Shown here: positions 1 to 11,944 of the stretch, piece by piece
How positions within the stretch are numbered: position 1 is the first letter of the stretch
How the letters are laid out: every line of letters starts with the position of its first letter
NCBI RefSeq assembly: GCF_964355755.1
Contig: NC_092675.1
Span: forward strand, 15,472,912-15,536,911
DNA: 64,000 bases
Direction: 5' to 3'
Source: Antedon mediterranea
Taxonomy: Eukaryota > Animalia > Echinodermata
Position numbers and translations under genes: made by a program
Notes under the pieces: model-generated
What the model was told of the DNA's origin: nothing
The model's database searches: none
What the model saw: only the letters and a program-made list of their open reading frames with translations

Positions 1-769
1 TTGCATGTACTATTTAGCTTAATGAGAAACTTGTCTACATCATTATTATCTCTCTCAATCCTCCGTCGACGTAACTGGTTAGCTGGTGTTTCACCGGGTT
101 GAATTCCACTCATGGACTTCATTTCAGACACAGGCATACTCCGTTGAGTGAGACTTACGCAACAACGACGAAATGCACTCTCTGAGTTCGCAAAAGCTGT
201 ATTTCCAGTTGCCGATGACGCAGCATCTCTGTTAACAGTTTGCTCTAATGTAAGATCTACGTTTTTTCGTTCGTCGTGTTGAAAAAGCACCGGCTTTTAA
301 AACATCTAATGCTGCAGAGTCCAAATTCTTCATTTTTTTCAATAAAAAGTGACCCCCAACGAGCATAATTTGGCCGGTTCAGATTTCAACCAAATACGGT
401 AGTACATTAATGTACAGAACCACATCATTCGTTATTACTGCACGCGCTGGAATTGACGATACAAGCGGTTGATCAGGTACACGTATAGCCCAATATGCGG
501 CAGTGTTGCCAAATTCACCCTTTATAGGTACGATGTAAAAATTCTTCATATTCATTAAGAAGTATTAAGAATTCGTCACTGTCGGCAATTTGATTAGGCG
601 CATTTATGTCGTCCGTTGGTATTGCTCGAACACTTTGTAGCAAAGTATCATCTTTCATAAAGTAGGTACCCAGGAATCGCTTAAACAATTCTTTCTCAAA
701 GGCCATAGCAATGATTTGATGTATTCTGGTGCATCGGTTGTATAATTTACCATGGATGAAACCATTATC

Positions 770-1032
770 AATCAATCAATCAATCAATCAAATCAATCAA
801 AGTAACATTTATTTCTCTTCTTTTCTTTCATAGAATATAAAATTAACAGTAAATATGATTAAAATAAGAGGGGCAAGATTCCAAAAAAAGCGAAGCTTGT
901 ATAAGGCAGCCCATAAAAACTGAAACAAAAAAAAACAAACAAAAAACAGGACAACACGGGAACCGGAAACAGGACAAAAACAGTAATGAAGACTTTTAGT
1001 TTCAGGGTACCGAAAAGACTAAATAAAGTCTT
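770..1032 (-). mobile_element. Short 5'-truncated retroelement 3' end with (TTGA)n tail, inserted in the transposase
   Basis: It splits AERSL|NGFIHGKLYNRC. An (atca)n tract at ~767-800 is followed by an A-rich UTR-like stretch. Confidence 0.55.
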
Positions 1033-1225
1033 AAGTGACCTCTCTGCCAGTATACCCGATTCAGTTAGAATATATTCGATCCCAGAATCAGAAATGTATG
1101 TTCCAACCGCTCCAAAAAAAGCCCCTTCGATATGAAAATGACCAAGTAAAATTACAAGTCTATCAAAAGCTTTAAGTGCCACGTCACTGGATGATACGGC
1201 ATTTTTGTCTCATCTGCAACTTTAA

Positions 1226-2569
1226 AGTGGAGCTACACTCAGACTTTCTCAGCTTATATTATGTTTAAGTATGTTTAATTGAAAGTGATTACATAAAAAA
1301 AACCAGGAAAAATACGGAAATATTTTCCAAAAACTCATTTCTAAAAAATCGGTCAGAAAATAGTGTTTTTTAACAAATTACAGTTTTTCAGTAACTTAGG
1401 GGTTATTAGTTTACAATACGTCGCGAAACGCGTTACACTTAGCGACTGACGCGTTTTAGTCGCTGGTCAACGCATTGTGGAAATTTCTTCCCTTTGGTAA
1501 ATTATGTGTCGAAAAATTGGGAATACATTTTATACACACAATTAATACGATTTGTTTAGGCCTAAGTAATATTTCCGATAAGAATGTCAGTATAATTTAC
1601 ATGTAACCTCATGATTTTCACTGTACAACAACAACAGCATTATAATCTTATCAGATTGCTTTTAACTTTAAGCTAGGGCTAGGCCTAGCTAAGCCGTCTG
1701 CTCAGCCTAGCTAGGCTTGAATTTTTGTCTAGAGGCCTATGTATTCATAGGCATGGTCGTTTCGCCCCATTTATCGTTCCTGGGTTTTCTCGCATATTAA
1801 GAACTGTGAAACACAAAATCCTATACAGAACAAGAGTAGTAAAGAATAGTAAAGCGATGTGCAAGCTTAGACCTGACTGAAAAGCAACTATTCAGGCACC
1901 CTATCATGGCCCATGGGTAGGCCAAGGTCGGGTGACAGCAAAACAAACTTCACTGCTGTCAGCCTAGCCTAGCTAGAGGCCAAGCCACTAAGCAGCATCG
2001 GTACATACCTACACTCTAGTAGGCCTAGGCCTAGCTTTATTGAATATATAGCCACATCTTTCTCAAATCTCGTTAAATTTGACATTTTAGTAATAGTCTC
2101 ATAATCACATTATTACACTGTGAAACATAATAGGGTCACATTCAGAATGTTTTAATATACTTTTCGCCCGTCAAAAATAACATCGCGACAAAATAACAGA
2201 TCGCCAGCTGCAGTAGTGTGTGATTGTGAAAAATGTCACGTGATCGGACTCCCTAGCAAAATAAAAAACCCAATTGGACCCGAAAATACCAGAAATAGAA
2301 AGATCTGGAAAAATTACATAAATATACATTTTACTTTTTTTTTTTGGTGAAGAAATGAATTTTTTAGGATTATTCAAATATACCCCCCTTTTGCATGTAA
2401 AAGAATAGGAAATTACAAGGTATCCCCCCAAAACGCAAAAAGGCGTGATTTTCAAGAAAATCGTACTCATTGAAAAAAATTTCAAAAAAATATGAAGTAT
2501 AAGGGATGATATTTTTAAATAATAGTTGAAATGTATGAAAAATAGTAATTTTCTGGGTGGAGCTCCACT
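1226..2569. mobile_element. Non-autonomous Kolobok-type DNA transposon
   Basis: TIRs AGTGGAGCTACACTCAGA / TCTGGGTGGAGCTCCACT. TTAA flanks both sides (1222-1225, 2570-2573) and termini are AG...CT. Removal restores the host frame ...MIRSL|KVADETK. Confidence 0.85.
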
Positions 2570-3319
2570 TTAAGAGATCGAATCATTGTCTCTTGCACAA
2601 CATCATTTCTTGTTGTTGGTTATAAAATTGGGTCCATGTATGCAATGGCAGTTAAAGGAAATGGATCGTTAACGAACGTTGAGTAAAAGCCATTGAACAG
2701 AGGAAGTTTTCAATTAGATGATAAGATTAGCCAAACTAAATCTAGGCTTTTCCATCTTACAAGGGAATAACTTGCATAGGATTCACTTATTTGTTCCTGG
2801 TCTTTTTCTTCCAATTTAAACTTGGCAAGTTTTAGATTTGAATAAAATAGTGGTACTATTTTCTCTGCTCCGTCAAATTTTCGCCTAGGTCTTCCAGTGA
2901 CCAAACTGATCGGCAGTCCTTCCATCTCAGTGGTTTGCCCCTGAAGGACATTCTGATACGCAATGCGAACTGTAACATTGAGACTATTTTTACCATCCAG
3001 GGTTTCCATGTTTAAATCGTAATTGTCCCACGCAGTACCTGTAAAAACAAAACATGTCAATATATACACATAATGTACTGTGCAATTTGTCACCTTGATT
3101 ATTGATACTAATTACTAATTTCATTTATAATTTTCATTAAATTAAAAATATTTATATTACCTTTAGCCAATAGAGGTTGCAACAATAAGCCAGCAAGTGT
3201 CTCCAATTCACTCAAAGAACATGTGTATGCTATTTCGATCTCCAGACGTTTACATTCATCATAACTTATTGTATGACCAAGGCGATTTAAAATAGTGATT
3301 GCTCCCTTAGATCCAAGCA

Positions 3320-3370
3320 TGGACGTTAAACCATGGAGAAATAAGTTATTTCTCCATGGTTTAACGTCCA
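3320..3370. repeat. Perfect 51-bp palindrome with a central CATGGAGA...TCTCCATG micro-element
   Basis: TGGACGTTAAACCATGGAGAAATAA-G-TTATTTCTCCATGGTTTAACGTCCA, with 25-bp arms. It interrupts GLT|SMLG. Confidence 0.9.
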
Positions 3371-3959
3371 CGTTAAGCCAAGACCTAACGATGTATGCTT
3401 CCAGGGCCTGACAGTACCTCGTGAAGTTGCAAAAAGAGCATCCGGTGACAGTGATTGCGTTTTTCTCAGTGCCGCCTCACCGGGATTAGAAGATAATCCA
3501 CATAAAAATGTTTGATAAAACAATTTAGTCAGAGGTGGTAGTGGTGAACATTGTTTCATTGTGTGAATAGATTTCGGTGAAGGAATTTTTTTTTTTTCCA
3601 TTTTCAAGATTTCTGACCGAAGCGCTAAACCGCACATTGAATTGTTTCATCATTTTCATTGATTTAGCTTCATTGACGCTCATGTCTTCAGTGTATAAAA
3701 AGTTTCCAGCCTTGTTTGACTCTTTGCTAATATTTAATCTATCTCTAAATGTGGTCATTAATTTAGTAACTAGTGGCTGACAAGCAAAGGAACGAATATC
3801 ATCGTCAGTACCTCCGACTGCCTTATACTGTTCTTTGTACAAATCCATGATTTTACAGGCATATTTTGGTATACGTTTACAAATTATTTCCTTTTCAACG
3901 TACCTCACCATCCCATTGTATGCTTCTTCGTGTGTTTTTCTGTTTCTACTTATTACTAC

Positions 3960-4680
3960 TTTCTGGGACTACTGTCTGGAGCAACTTACAGGATAAAGTT
4001 GCTGTCATGTGTATTTTCGTCTATCCAAAGACGTAACAGTTCCAATAAAAAAGGAATTGGCCGTGTGGCTCTTCGTGTGATTAAATCTTGTAGGCCCGGA
4101 CCCAATGGGCATTTCTGGGCTACTGTCTTGGGCTACTGTCTGGGGCAACTTACAGGATAAAGTTGCTGTCATGAGTATTTTTTCTATCCCAAGACGTAAC
4201 AGTTCCAATAAAAAAGGAATTGGCCTTGTGGCTCTTTGTGTGATTAAATTTTGTATGGCCCAACGGGCATTTCTGGGCTACTGTTTGGGGCAACTTACAG
4301 GATAAAGTTGCTGTCAATGATATTTTTGTGCATCCTAATGTGTAACAGTTGCAATGCAAAAGGAATTAGCCGTGTGGCTCTTGACATGAATAACACCATT
4401 TTTTAGTGGTCACTTGGGGCTACTGTCTCGGGCAACTTACAGGATAAAGTTGCTGTCATTGCTGTTTTAACATTGTATACACATATGGGTACAATGTCCA
4501 ACAACTTTTATCCGTGTGGCTTTTCACATGATTAAATCCATTTTTTACCCCTCCTATTTGGTGTCCCCAGGGTAAATTTACAGGATAGGACCCGGCAGCA
4601 ATATTGATTATTGAATCTTGGCCATATATCTACCTAATCAGCCCATCAGACCTTTTGTGGCTTTTCACATGAATAAATCT
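3960..4680. repeat. Degenerate ~145-155-bp tandem repeats (about 5 units), subterminal to the Academ-like element
   Basis: Recurrent GGCTACTGTCT..GGCAACTTACAGGATAAAGTTGCTGTCA...CCGTGTGGCT units. Confidence 0.85.
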
Positions 4681-5458
4681 TCTGGGCGCCCGGTCTAATA
4701 CGAGTGCCGTAGTAGGCTTAGCCTAGTTTGCAACTTCTTTTTATTCAGAAATACAAACACCTACGACGTGACTAATGTTCGTATAAGGATAGTGAAAAGA
4801 AAATATACATTTTAGTACGTTATTAGGCAACAATTCCCTATAAAACTTAGGTCTGTGTGTGCTAGGCCTACTGACAGTCAGTCACATCCATGCCAGCAGT
4901 GACTGCATTAGCCTCGAGGCCTACACGCACCTACTTTCCACCACTACGTTCGCGAACTGTGTAAATGGGAAAGGCCACGCGGTTTTTCGCTTACAATTAC
5001 CGTTACCGCTCGTCTCTGTAAATTGGCCTTAAGACGTTCCTTGCGATACAATGTCAAAATGTTGGCTACAACATACATATCTGGGGCATTTTAGGTCATT
5101 ACCTGATTTCTCACTACGAAATTACCGTAATTGAGTGTGTTCCGTAAAAGTTTTACTCGTGTTCCGGGCACATTGCATCTAGTTCATTTAACCAAATGTC
5201 CCTGGGCTGCCGGTCTATAAGTGACATATCGCAGCTATAAATACCCCGCCAATTTCAGGGATCGCAGTTTTGATTCGATTAGGCCCGGTGATTAGCTGTG
5301 ACGTAGATTTGATTTCATGGTATCTTTATTTCGAACATATACAAATATATTTGCAGCCAAAGGCTGAATTGCTGCATCTTATTAAAAATTACAATAAAAT
5401 GTACATATAAAAATGACATCAAACGTTAAAATGTATGTATAAAAAGACCATATATATA

Positions 5459-6624
5459 CCCCTTTCACACCAAAAGCAAAACTCCGGAGACATTCCGGAG
5501 TTGACGCCCCGGTGTTTTGGTGTGAAAGGTAAAATCAAACAACAGCGGGGTTGAACAGCTGAACGTTCTCCGGAGGGCGAACTTCGGGGACACACCGGTG
5601 TTTTGGAGTGAAAGTAATAATAAGTAGAAAAAAATTAAAATAGATAATTAGTTTAAATACTCATGTGTTCACACGTACGGCGTTCGTTGTATTAATGAAT
5701 GTCGTTAAACAAAGTCCAGTCCAAGTATCATTTACGTTTTAAAAGTTAAACCCTTGGTTCCTTTTTAGAATTTACACTGTCTTGATGACCATATTTTGGG
5801 TTTTTTTTAACCAGGCGTACGCCACGGCTTACGCCATACGTGTGGACAGGCTCTATATGACTTCTGAGATTTTTGAAAATAATTATTAAATTAAAAATAT
5901 TTATAATTAAAACGATTCATTCATTTCATTCATTCATTTATTTATCAAAATCACATAAAACAAGTAAAAAAACAAGAATTAAAAACAACATAATCAATGA
6001 TAAAAATATTCTAAAACATCTAAAACCGTATAAAAACAAAGTTTAAAATATTTTTTAAATTTTAAAAACCATTAGAAAATCTTAAAAGAGATAAAAAGGG
6101 AAAGGGAAAAGGTGATTTCGATCAGGATCGTCCAAGAAAATTGGAGTCCTTGAGGTAAAAAAAAAAAGTTTTAAAAGAAGTTAAAAATAAGTTTAGATGC
6201 TATGCCGTTTCGATGCGATATTGTTTTTAACTAATTGTCTAAATACATTTACACTCTCAGAACTTTTTATCGTGTTTGGTAATTTGTTCCATTCTTTAAT
6301 TGCTGAAGCATAAAATGTGCCATTATTCTATAACATTACAAGCGATTGGTGGAACAAAATTAAAATAATTGTGTCGGGTACCATGTGCATGTTGGTTCCC
6401 AGCCTTTATAAAATTATTACTAAGATATGATGCTACATTTCTATACTGCATTTTGTGCAGTGTTTAATTTTATTTGAGTCACCCAATTCTAATGATCGTC
6501 GCTATGTAAACAAACAATATAGATGGCGACATTTACAATTTTATTTTATAACTCCCGGAGTTTCTCGACGTTTTGAATGGTCATAACCCCCGGGGTTTCT
6601 CTGGGGATTTTGGTGTAGAAGGGG
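5459..6624. mobile_element. PIF/Harbinger-like MITE
   Basis: Imperfect TIRs CCCCTTTCACACCAAAA / TTTTGGTGTAGAAGGGG flanked by TATA. Internal copies of the TIR motif occur at ~5515 and ~5600. Confidence 0.7.
5915..6490 (-). mobile_element. L2/CR1 LINE 3' end nested in the MITE
   Basis: The minus strand reads GTFYASAIKEWNKLP, a LINE RT C-terminal motif. A (TGAA)n-type tail lies at ~5915-5945. Confidence 0.65.
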
Positions 6625-7559
6625 TATACAATTGCAACATAGAAAATATTATATAACAAAATCTGTACAAATGACATCAAAGGTTAAATTTAAAATAGGA
6701 AAAAACCCTTTGATAAGGATATGTATATTATTATAAGAAAATACGTCAAAAAAGAAATAATGAAACAAAGCATTGCTTCATCAATCATTGGTCATAGACA
6801 GTTCGGTTGTTCAATAATCGTGTGAAGTATGGTAGTGGACTGGAGAGAAATCGGTTAGTTTTACAAGCATGTTCATTAAAATATTTATTATGTCTGAGGG
6901 AAATATGGGAATCTGGGTTGCTCCTAGAAAACTAGTGTCTAAAATAGTCAGATTTAACAGCAAAGTCTTTGTATAATTTAATTGTTTTTAAAGCAAGAGA
7001 GTTGCACTGTTTGATACACAATGGGGCTTGCAATAAGACAGGAGAATGCAAAGTTTATCAATCTTGGATAAGGATTCTATTAAGCCAGTGAAAGTATTGG
7101 GATTAAAATGACAGCCGGTCAACGATAGGCTGAGTGTAGAAGCTGAATGTATTGGATTACAGGTTCCAGAGCATTTGACAAAATGAACATGCTTTAGTTA
7201 GATGAATGCGGTATTTGACTTAGGAATAAGCTCACCCGTGAGAATAAGACCTAAAATGTTGTTGAGAATTAGGTTTTGGGGACTAAAAATAAATTGGGAT
7301 ACGCCCATAAGGAGCCTGAAAGACATGACTGGTTGGTACTGTTCCAAGAACTGCAATTATGTAAGAACCTACACATTCCTAGGTGCGTTAAACCCACTGG
7401 AGCGATTGACGATATCGATCCAGTATTGATAATGGTTTTCAGACGCATCAGAGAAGGCTATGTGTGCGGCAGTTTATGTCCGATACCAAATGCAAGAAGA
7501 CCGACATAATATGTCCAGATTGATAGCGGCCAATAGCAGTGATTGAGCACAGAGTTTGG

Positions 7560-9488
7560 CAAGAAGGCCCGATTTCTATAAATTACCTGTGGAAGAATAG
7601 ATAATTTTCACAAAAGTGTAGCTCGCAAGAGATTCATGAAAGAGTTAAAGTTGTGATGGCTGCAGATGTAGAGGAAGTTCAGAAGTGTTGTATCAAAGCG
7701 GAAAGGTTTAACAGTTTAGTGAGATTACTACGAGTAACAGCGATGGTCATGAGAGTTCTCAAGAACAAGAACTTCAAATCAGCTGCATTAGATCTGACGC
7801 CAAATGAGACTAGTGGTGCTGAAACAAAGTACAAAGTACAAAGACCACTAATTATGGAGGAGAAACCAAACGACTTCATTAAGAACTATGGCAGTCCAAG
7901 GTTTCGACAAGACGTAGTAGTAGTGGGCGACAGGATTAAGGAGCATGTGTTTAGCTACAACCACGAAGAGGTCCCACTATTGACTTATGACCATGCATTC
8001 ACCAAGCTGGTTGTTCAAACAGTACACAATAGAGGACACAATGGAGTCAACACTACTATGTCACAGATCAGAAGCAAGTATTGGTTGGTGCGGCTTTGGA
8101 AACTGGTGAGCCATAAAAGGCATAATTGTGCCAGATGCAAGAGATATGAGGATCGGACAGCCAATCAACAAATTGCACCTTTGCCAATTCAACGTTTAAA
8201 GCCATCACCCTCGTGGCATTTTATAGATACTGATTTATTTGGACCGTTCGTGACGAGAGAGGAAGTCCAGAAACGTACTAGAGGGAAGGCTTATGGTATT
8301 ATATTTACATGTTTAGTAACTAGAGCGTTACATGTTGAACTATCAATTGATACAGCTCCGATTCCTCCCTGAAAGCATTTCGAAGATTTGCTTCTATTAG
8401 AGGATACCATAGAGAAAAATGTAGTGACTGTGGTACACAATTAGTTGCAACAAAAGAGAGTTTACAGAACTTCGGAATTAAACATGGAGTTAAGTGGAAG
8501 TTTTCAACACCAGATTCGCGGTGGCAAAATGGTGTCACAGAAAGCTTGATAAAAGACGTGAAAAAACATTATACCATGTGGTGGGCGAACAGATTTATGT
8601 TATTCGAAGTTGCTAACGTAATGAACGGCAGACCGATAGGTAGACATCCGACCAACCCTGAAGACGGGGGTTATATATGTCCCAACGATTTGTTGCAAGG
8701 TCGTGCTTTATCGGATGTACCCAGTGGTCCGTGGTGTGATCACAAGGGGCATGCGAAACGCCACAAGTTTATCCAAGGTTTAATTGAAGTGGATAACAGA
8801 TGATTTCCCAACGATGGTCATCCGTAAGAAGAGGCATACAAAGGTTCGAAATCTACAAGTCGGTGACGTTACGGTAAAACAAGAGGAAGGAGTTAAACGA
8901 GGACGATGGAAGACTGGTAGAGTGTCCAAAGTTTTCCCTGTTGAACTAAAGACAGTCACTGAAACGGGAGTCATGGGTTACATCAAGAGAGGCGTTTATA
9001 GATTAGTATTACTAGTCTCAGCAGATTATGAATTGGAGGTTTAATAATATTACCGTTTTAGACTTTATTGTTTATAAAAGCAAGAGTTTTAGAGATTTGA
9101 TATTGAAATGTGTTAGGTTTTTATTGCTTTGGGTGGGGGAGTGTTTCGTTGAGCGAAATTGTTAGTGTACACTCAGTTTTATGTTTGAGGTGAGTCGACG
9201 AAAAGAGGGGTAGGATAATTGAAAGAGAACACAGTTATATGTAATCATCAAAGATAAGATTGTTTGTTTAAGATGCCAGAGCGTAAGTTCTGAACTTGTT
9301 ATAGTTTTCACTCATTTAGATATGCTGTAATTATTACACTTCAGTGAATATGCTTCACTCACGTGGGCCTTTTGTGTAATGGCATCGTGTTTGCCGTCGT
9401 GATATGGTACTAGGATTAGGAGGCGGATCATACATTCGATGAATCTAGTAATTATACCACAGGTTTAGAGTTTATTTTTTATGAAACA
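7560..9488 (+). mobile_element. BEL/Pao LTR retrotransposon remnant: integrase, PPT and 3' LTR
   Basis: Zinc-binding H-x3-H-NG...C-x2-C, DLFGPF, YGIIFTCLVTRALHVE, WQNG..E, NGRP, ICPNDLL and GRWKTGRV are present, with frameshifts. PPT GGGTGGGGGAG is at 9131-9141. Confidence 0.9.
9142..9488 (+). repeat. 3' LTR of the BEL/Pao element
   Basis: It starts TGTTTC directly after the PPT and ends GAAACA, a 6-bp inverted terminus. The end point is inferred from this symmetry only. Confidence 0.6.
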
Positions 9489-9559
9489 CATGGTTTAAGT
9501 TAAGGTGGTGGCACCAAACCAACATAACACATTTTTACTATAATAAACGCAATTGGAGG

Positions 9560-10150
9560 CTAACAATTACTTTTACTTTGTTGTTGGGTTTAAAACAAGT
9601 GCGTAAAAGCCCCTCTGGATGTTCCTTCCCACGTTCTCCTATATGGATTGAACTTCAATGGAAGGTTTGTTCAGTAACTCTCAATCTCTGATTTAAATTC
9701 ATTAATAGCTGGTGCCATAACTGCTTTCTCTGGTAAGTCGTTCCTGCTCTGATAGAAAAGAAACTGCTGCAACTTTGACTTCTGTAGTGAGTCGTCTTGA
9801 GATAGCGTCGGGCGTAGTTTTTAGGTCATCGCGAGAACTTTAAACATGTTTAATTTTCTTCCGACGAGACAACTTGTTGGGCCTCTTCGTACAACGCTGT
9901 CTGAGATGGCATTTAAACCTAACACTTTTGCATACAGAAGTCAAGGTAAGTTGAGTGAATATATCACCATCTTTTTCATACATTGGACACCAAACTTTTT
10001 ACCATATTCCTACGTTGGTCGAACTATTGACTTGTATAAGCTTAACATTCCTTTCATGATATTTAATGACGTAAACGATCTCTTAACTATCCTGAGTTTT
10101 GAGTTTGATCTTTTAGCTGCATCAGTAATATTAGTTCAAAAAGTTACATG
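9560..10150 (-). mobile_element. CR1-type LINE 3' fragment
   Basis: The minus strand reads NDLPEKAVMAPAINEFKS. Upstream remnants resemble LYKSIVRP..EY...VW.P and ..QRRA. Confidence 0.7.
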
Positions 10151-10384
10151 ACGGTGGTTAGATTGGCGGTTTACATCTGGAGTGATGTTTTTAATTTGAA
10201 CTATCCCCCACTGATAAGAAAGTGGTTATTTTCAACAAGCTCGTGTAACACAAAGAAAATCCCAAAAAATTATGAAACATAGGGGAAACTATAGATCGAT
10301 GATTATTGGAATGTATGATCAATAGAAATTTCTTGCCCGCACCCGGCCTTTAAGTATATACAGTTGAAGTGTAGCATTCTGTAA

Positions 10385-10437
10385 TTATTAGGTTATATGC
10401 ATGATATGCATATAACCTCTTGATTCTGTCAAAATCT

Positions 10438-10476
<39 letters not shown>

Positions 10477-11882
10477 TTCTTTCCTTAGCACTATTTGTCC
10501 GTGAATTATCTTGGCATCAGTTTCATCTATCTAAGTCAATTTTTCACAGTATATTCCTTATGGCCAGGAATCGATGTGGTTATGTTTTCACGATGCGCAA
10601 TCAAAAATTACGCGGTCTACGCGCGATTTAACGAAATCACGTTTGTAATCATATCTTCACCAACATGAATCACTTTTAAACAAAATTTGGTAATCATAAA
10701 TTTCAGGTCATATTTCATCATATGGCAATACAATTACGTGCGTAGCGCATATAACGCATGCGTACGCGCGCTTAAAATGTTGAAAATTGTCAGAATTTAT
10801 TTTCGATGAAATTAGAGTACGTTTCAGGCAATTTTAAGCGTTTAAAAAATTGCCATGAGTGCGCAGATTTTTGCACGCGCACTGCGCGTCAAACATTAAT
10901 GCGCACTGTTTGTGTCCGATTACTGTTGTATAACCTTTCTTTAATAATATCATCATATTTTATTCACTTTTCAACGCGAAACAGCGTTATACGAGCACGT
11001 CAAAAGTGACGGGCTACGCACGTGTAAGTTAACAAAATGGTGAAAATATGCTAAATTTTAAAATTAATATATATCGTTAGAATGCTCGGGAACACCTATT
11101 TTTTATTTAATTTTCTTGAAGTGTATGTATCATATGTATGATTTATTATGAAATTAGAAGAACAAAAGTTGATTAAGTCATCATTAATGGCATATTAAAT
11201 TTAACAAAATTAATTTCGACAATCAAACAAATTATAACATTTTCTTAGGCCAAAATAACAAACTTAACGTTAACTTTCTTCCTTAAGAAGTTCATATATT
11301 AAAGTTAAAAGTATATAGTTTGACAGTGCATCATTTTTTTAAATTTTTAAAGATGTCATCATAGTAAAACATTATAATTCATTGCGGTATGTAATAATCT
11401 ATCTGCACCAAAGTGGTTACTGCATAGTAAATACACGGAGGAATTTTTCTCCAACTTTTAGTCAGTTGTGTATGGCTCGATGGTCTGTGCTCGTGTCAAT
11501 GGCATTCAAGGTACCGAGTTCGAGTCTCACCTTGTTGGGAAACGAAATAAGATTTTTTTTTTATTATCCGTATTGTTCAAATTTATTTCTTAGTGTATAG
11601 ATTATACACATGATTTATAATGAAATCTAGATAAAAAGTTACTTTATGTCTTTATTATTATGTAACAACAAATGCGGTTTATGACATTATACGCAGAGGG
11701 ATCTTTGATCGGATAGTGATACCGGCTATGGTGTTCGCGTTAGCAAGGTCCTATCATATATTACAAATAATTAAAGATTCTGAGAAAATCAATCAATCAA
11801 TATATCTTTTAAAAATCAATTATCTTTATTTAAATCAATGCATATAACCTATAATTCGTCATAGTGACGAATTAAATCTAGT
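10385..11882 (+). mobile_element. Helentron/HINE-type non-autonomous element, terminal family 1
   Basis: 5' hairpin AGGTTATATGCAT..ATGCATATAACCT, a (TTTA)n tract, 3' subterminal IR ATGCATATAACCTA, stem-loop TAATTCGTCA-TAG-TGACGAATTA, and a CTAGT end in a T-rich site. Confidence 0.8.
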
Positions 11883-11944
11883 TGTTATATTATTTGGCTT
11901 TAACAATGACTACATTCAGACATGGTATGGTGTAGTTGAAATAT

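Larger units (their letters stand above)
1..4697 (-). mobile_element. Decayed Academ-like DNA transposon (transposase pseudogene with nested insertions; continues beyond window start)
   Basis: Collinear minus-strand fragments run MVRYVEKE...RPWKHTSLGLGLT/SMLGSKGAITILNRLGHTISY...AWDNYDLNMETLDGK...DVVQETMIRSLKVADE...LGHFHIEGAFFGAVG...GKLYNRCTRIH, motifs I associate with Academ-type transposases. Subterminal tandem repeats lie at 3960-4680. A candidate terminus TAGACCGGGCGCCC (minus strand) ends at 4697. Confidence 0.65.
5305..7550 (-). mobile_element. Decayed CR1/L2-type LINE 3' fragment, split by a MITE
   Basis: Minus-strand remnants resembling an RT C-terminus at ~6800-7540, and an AT-rich 3' UTR/tail at ~5305-5458 and 6625-6780. 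Confidence 0.45.
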
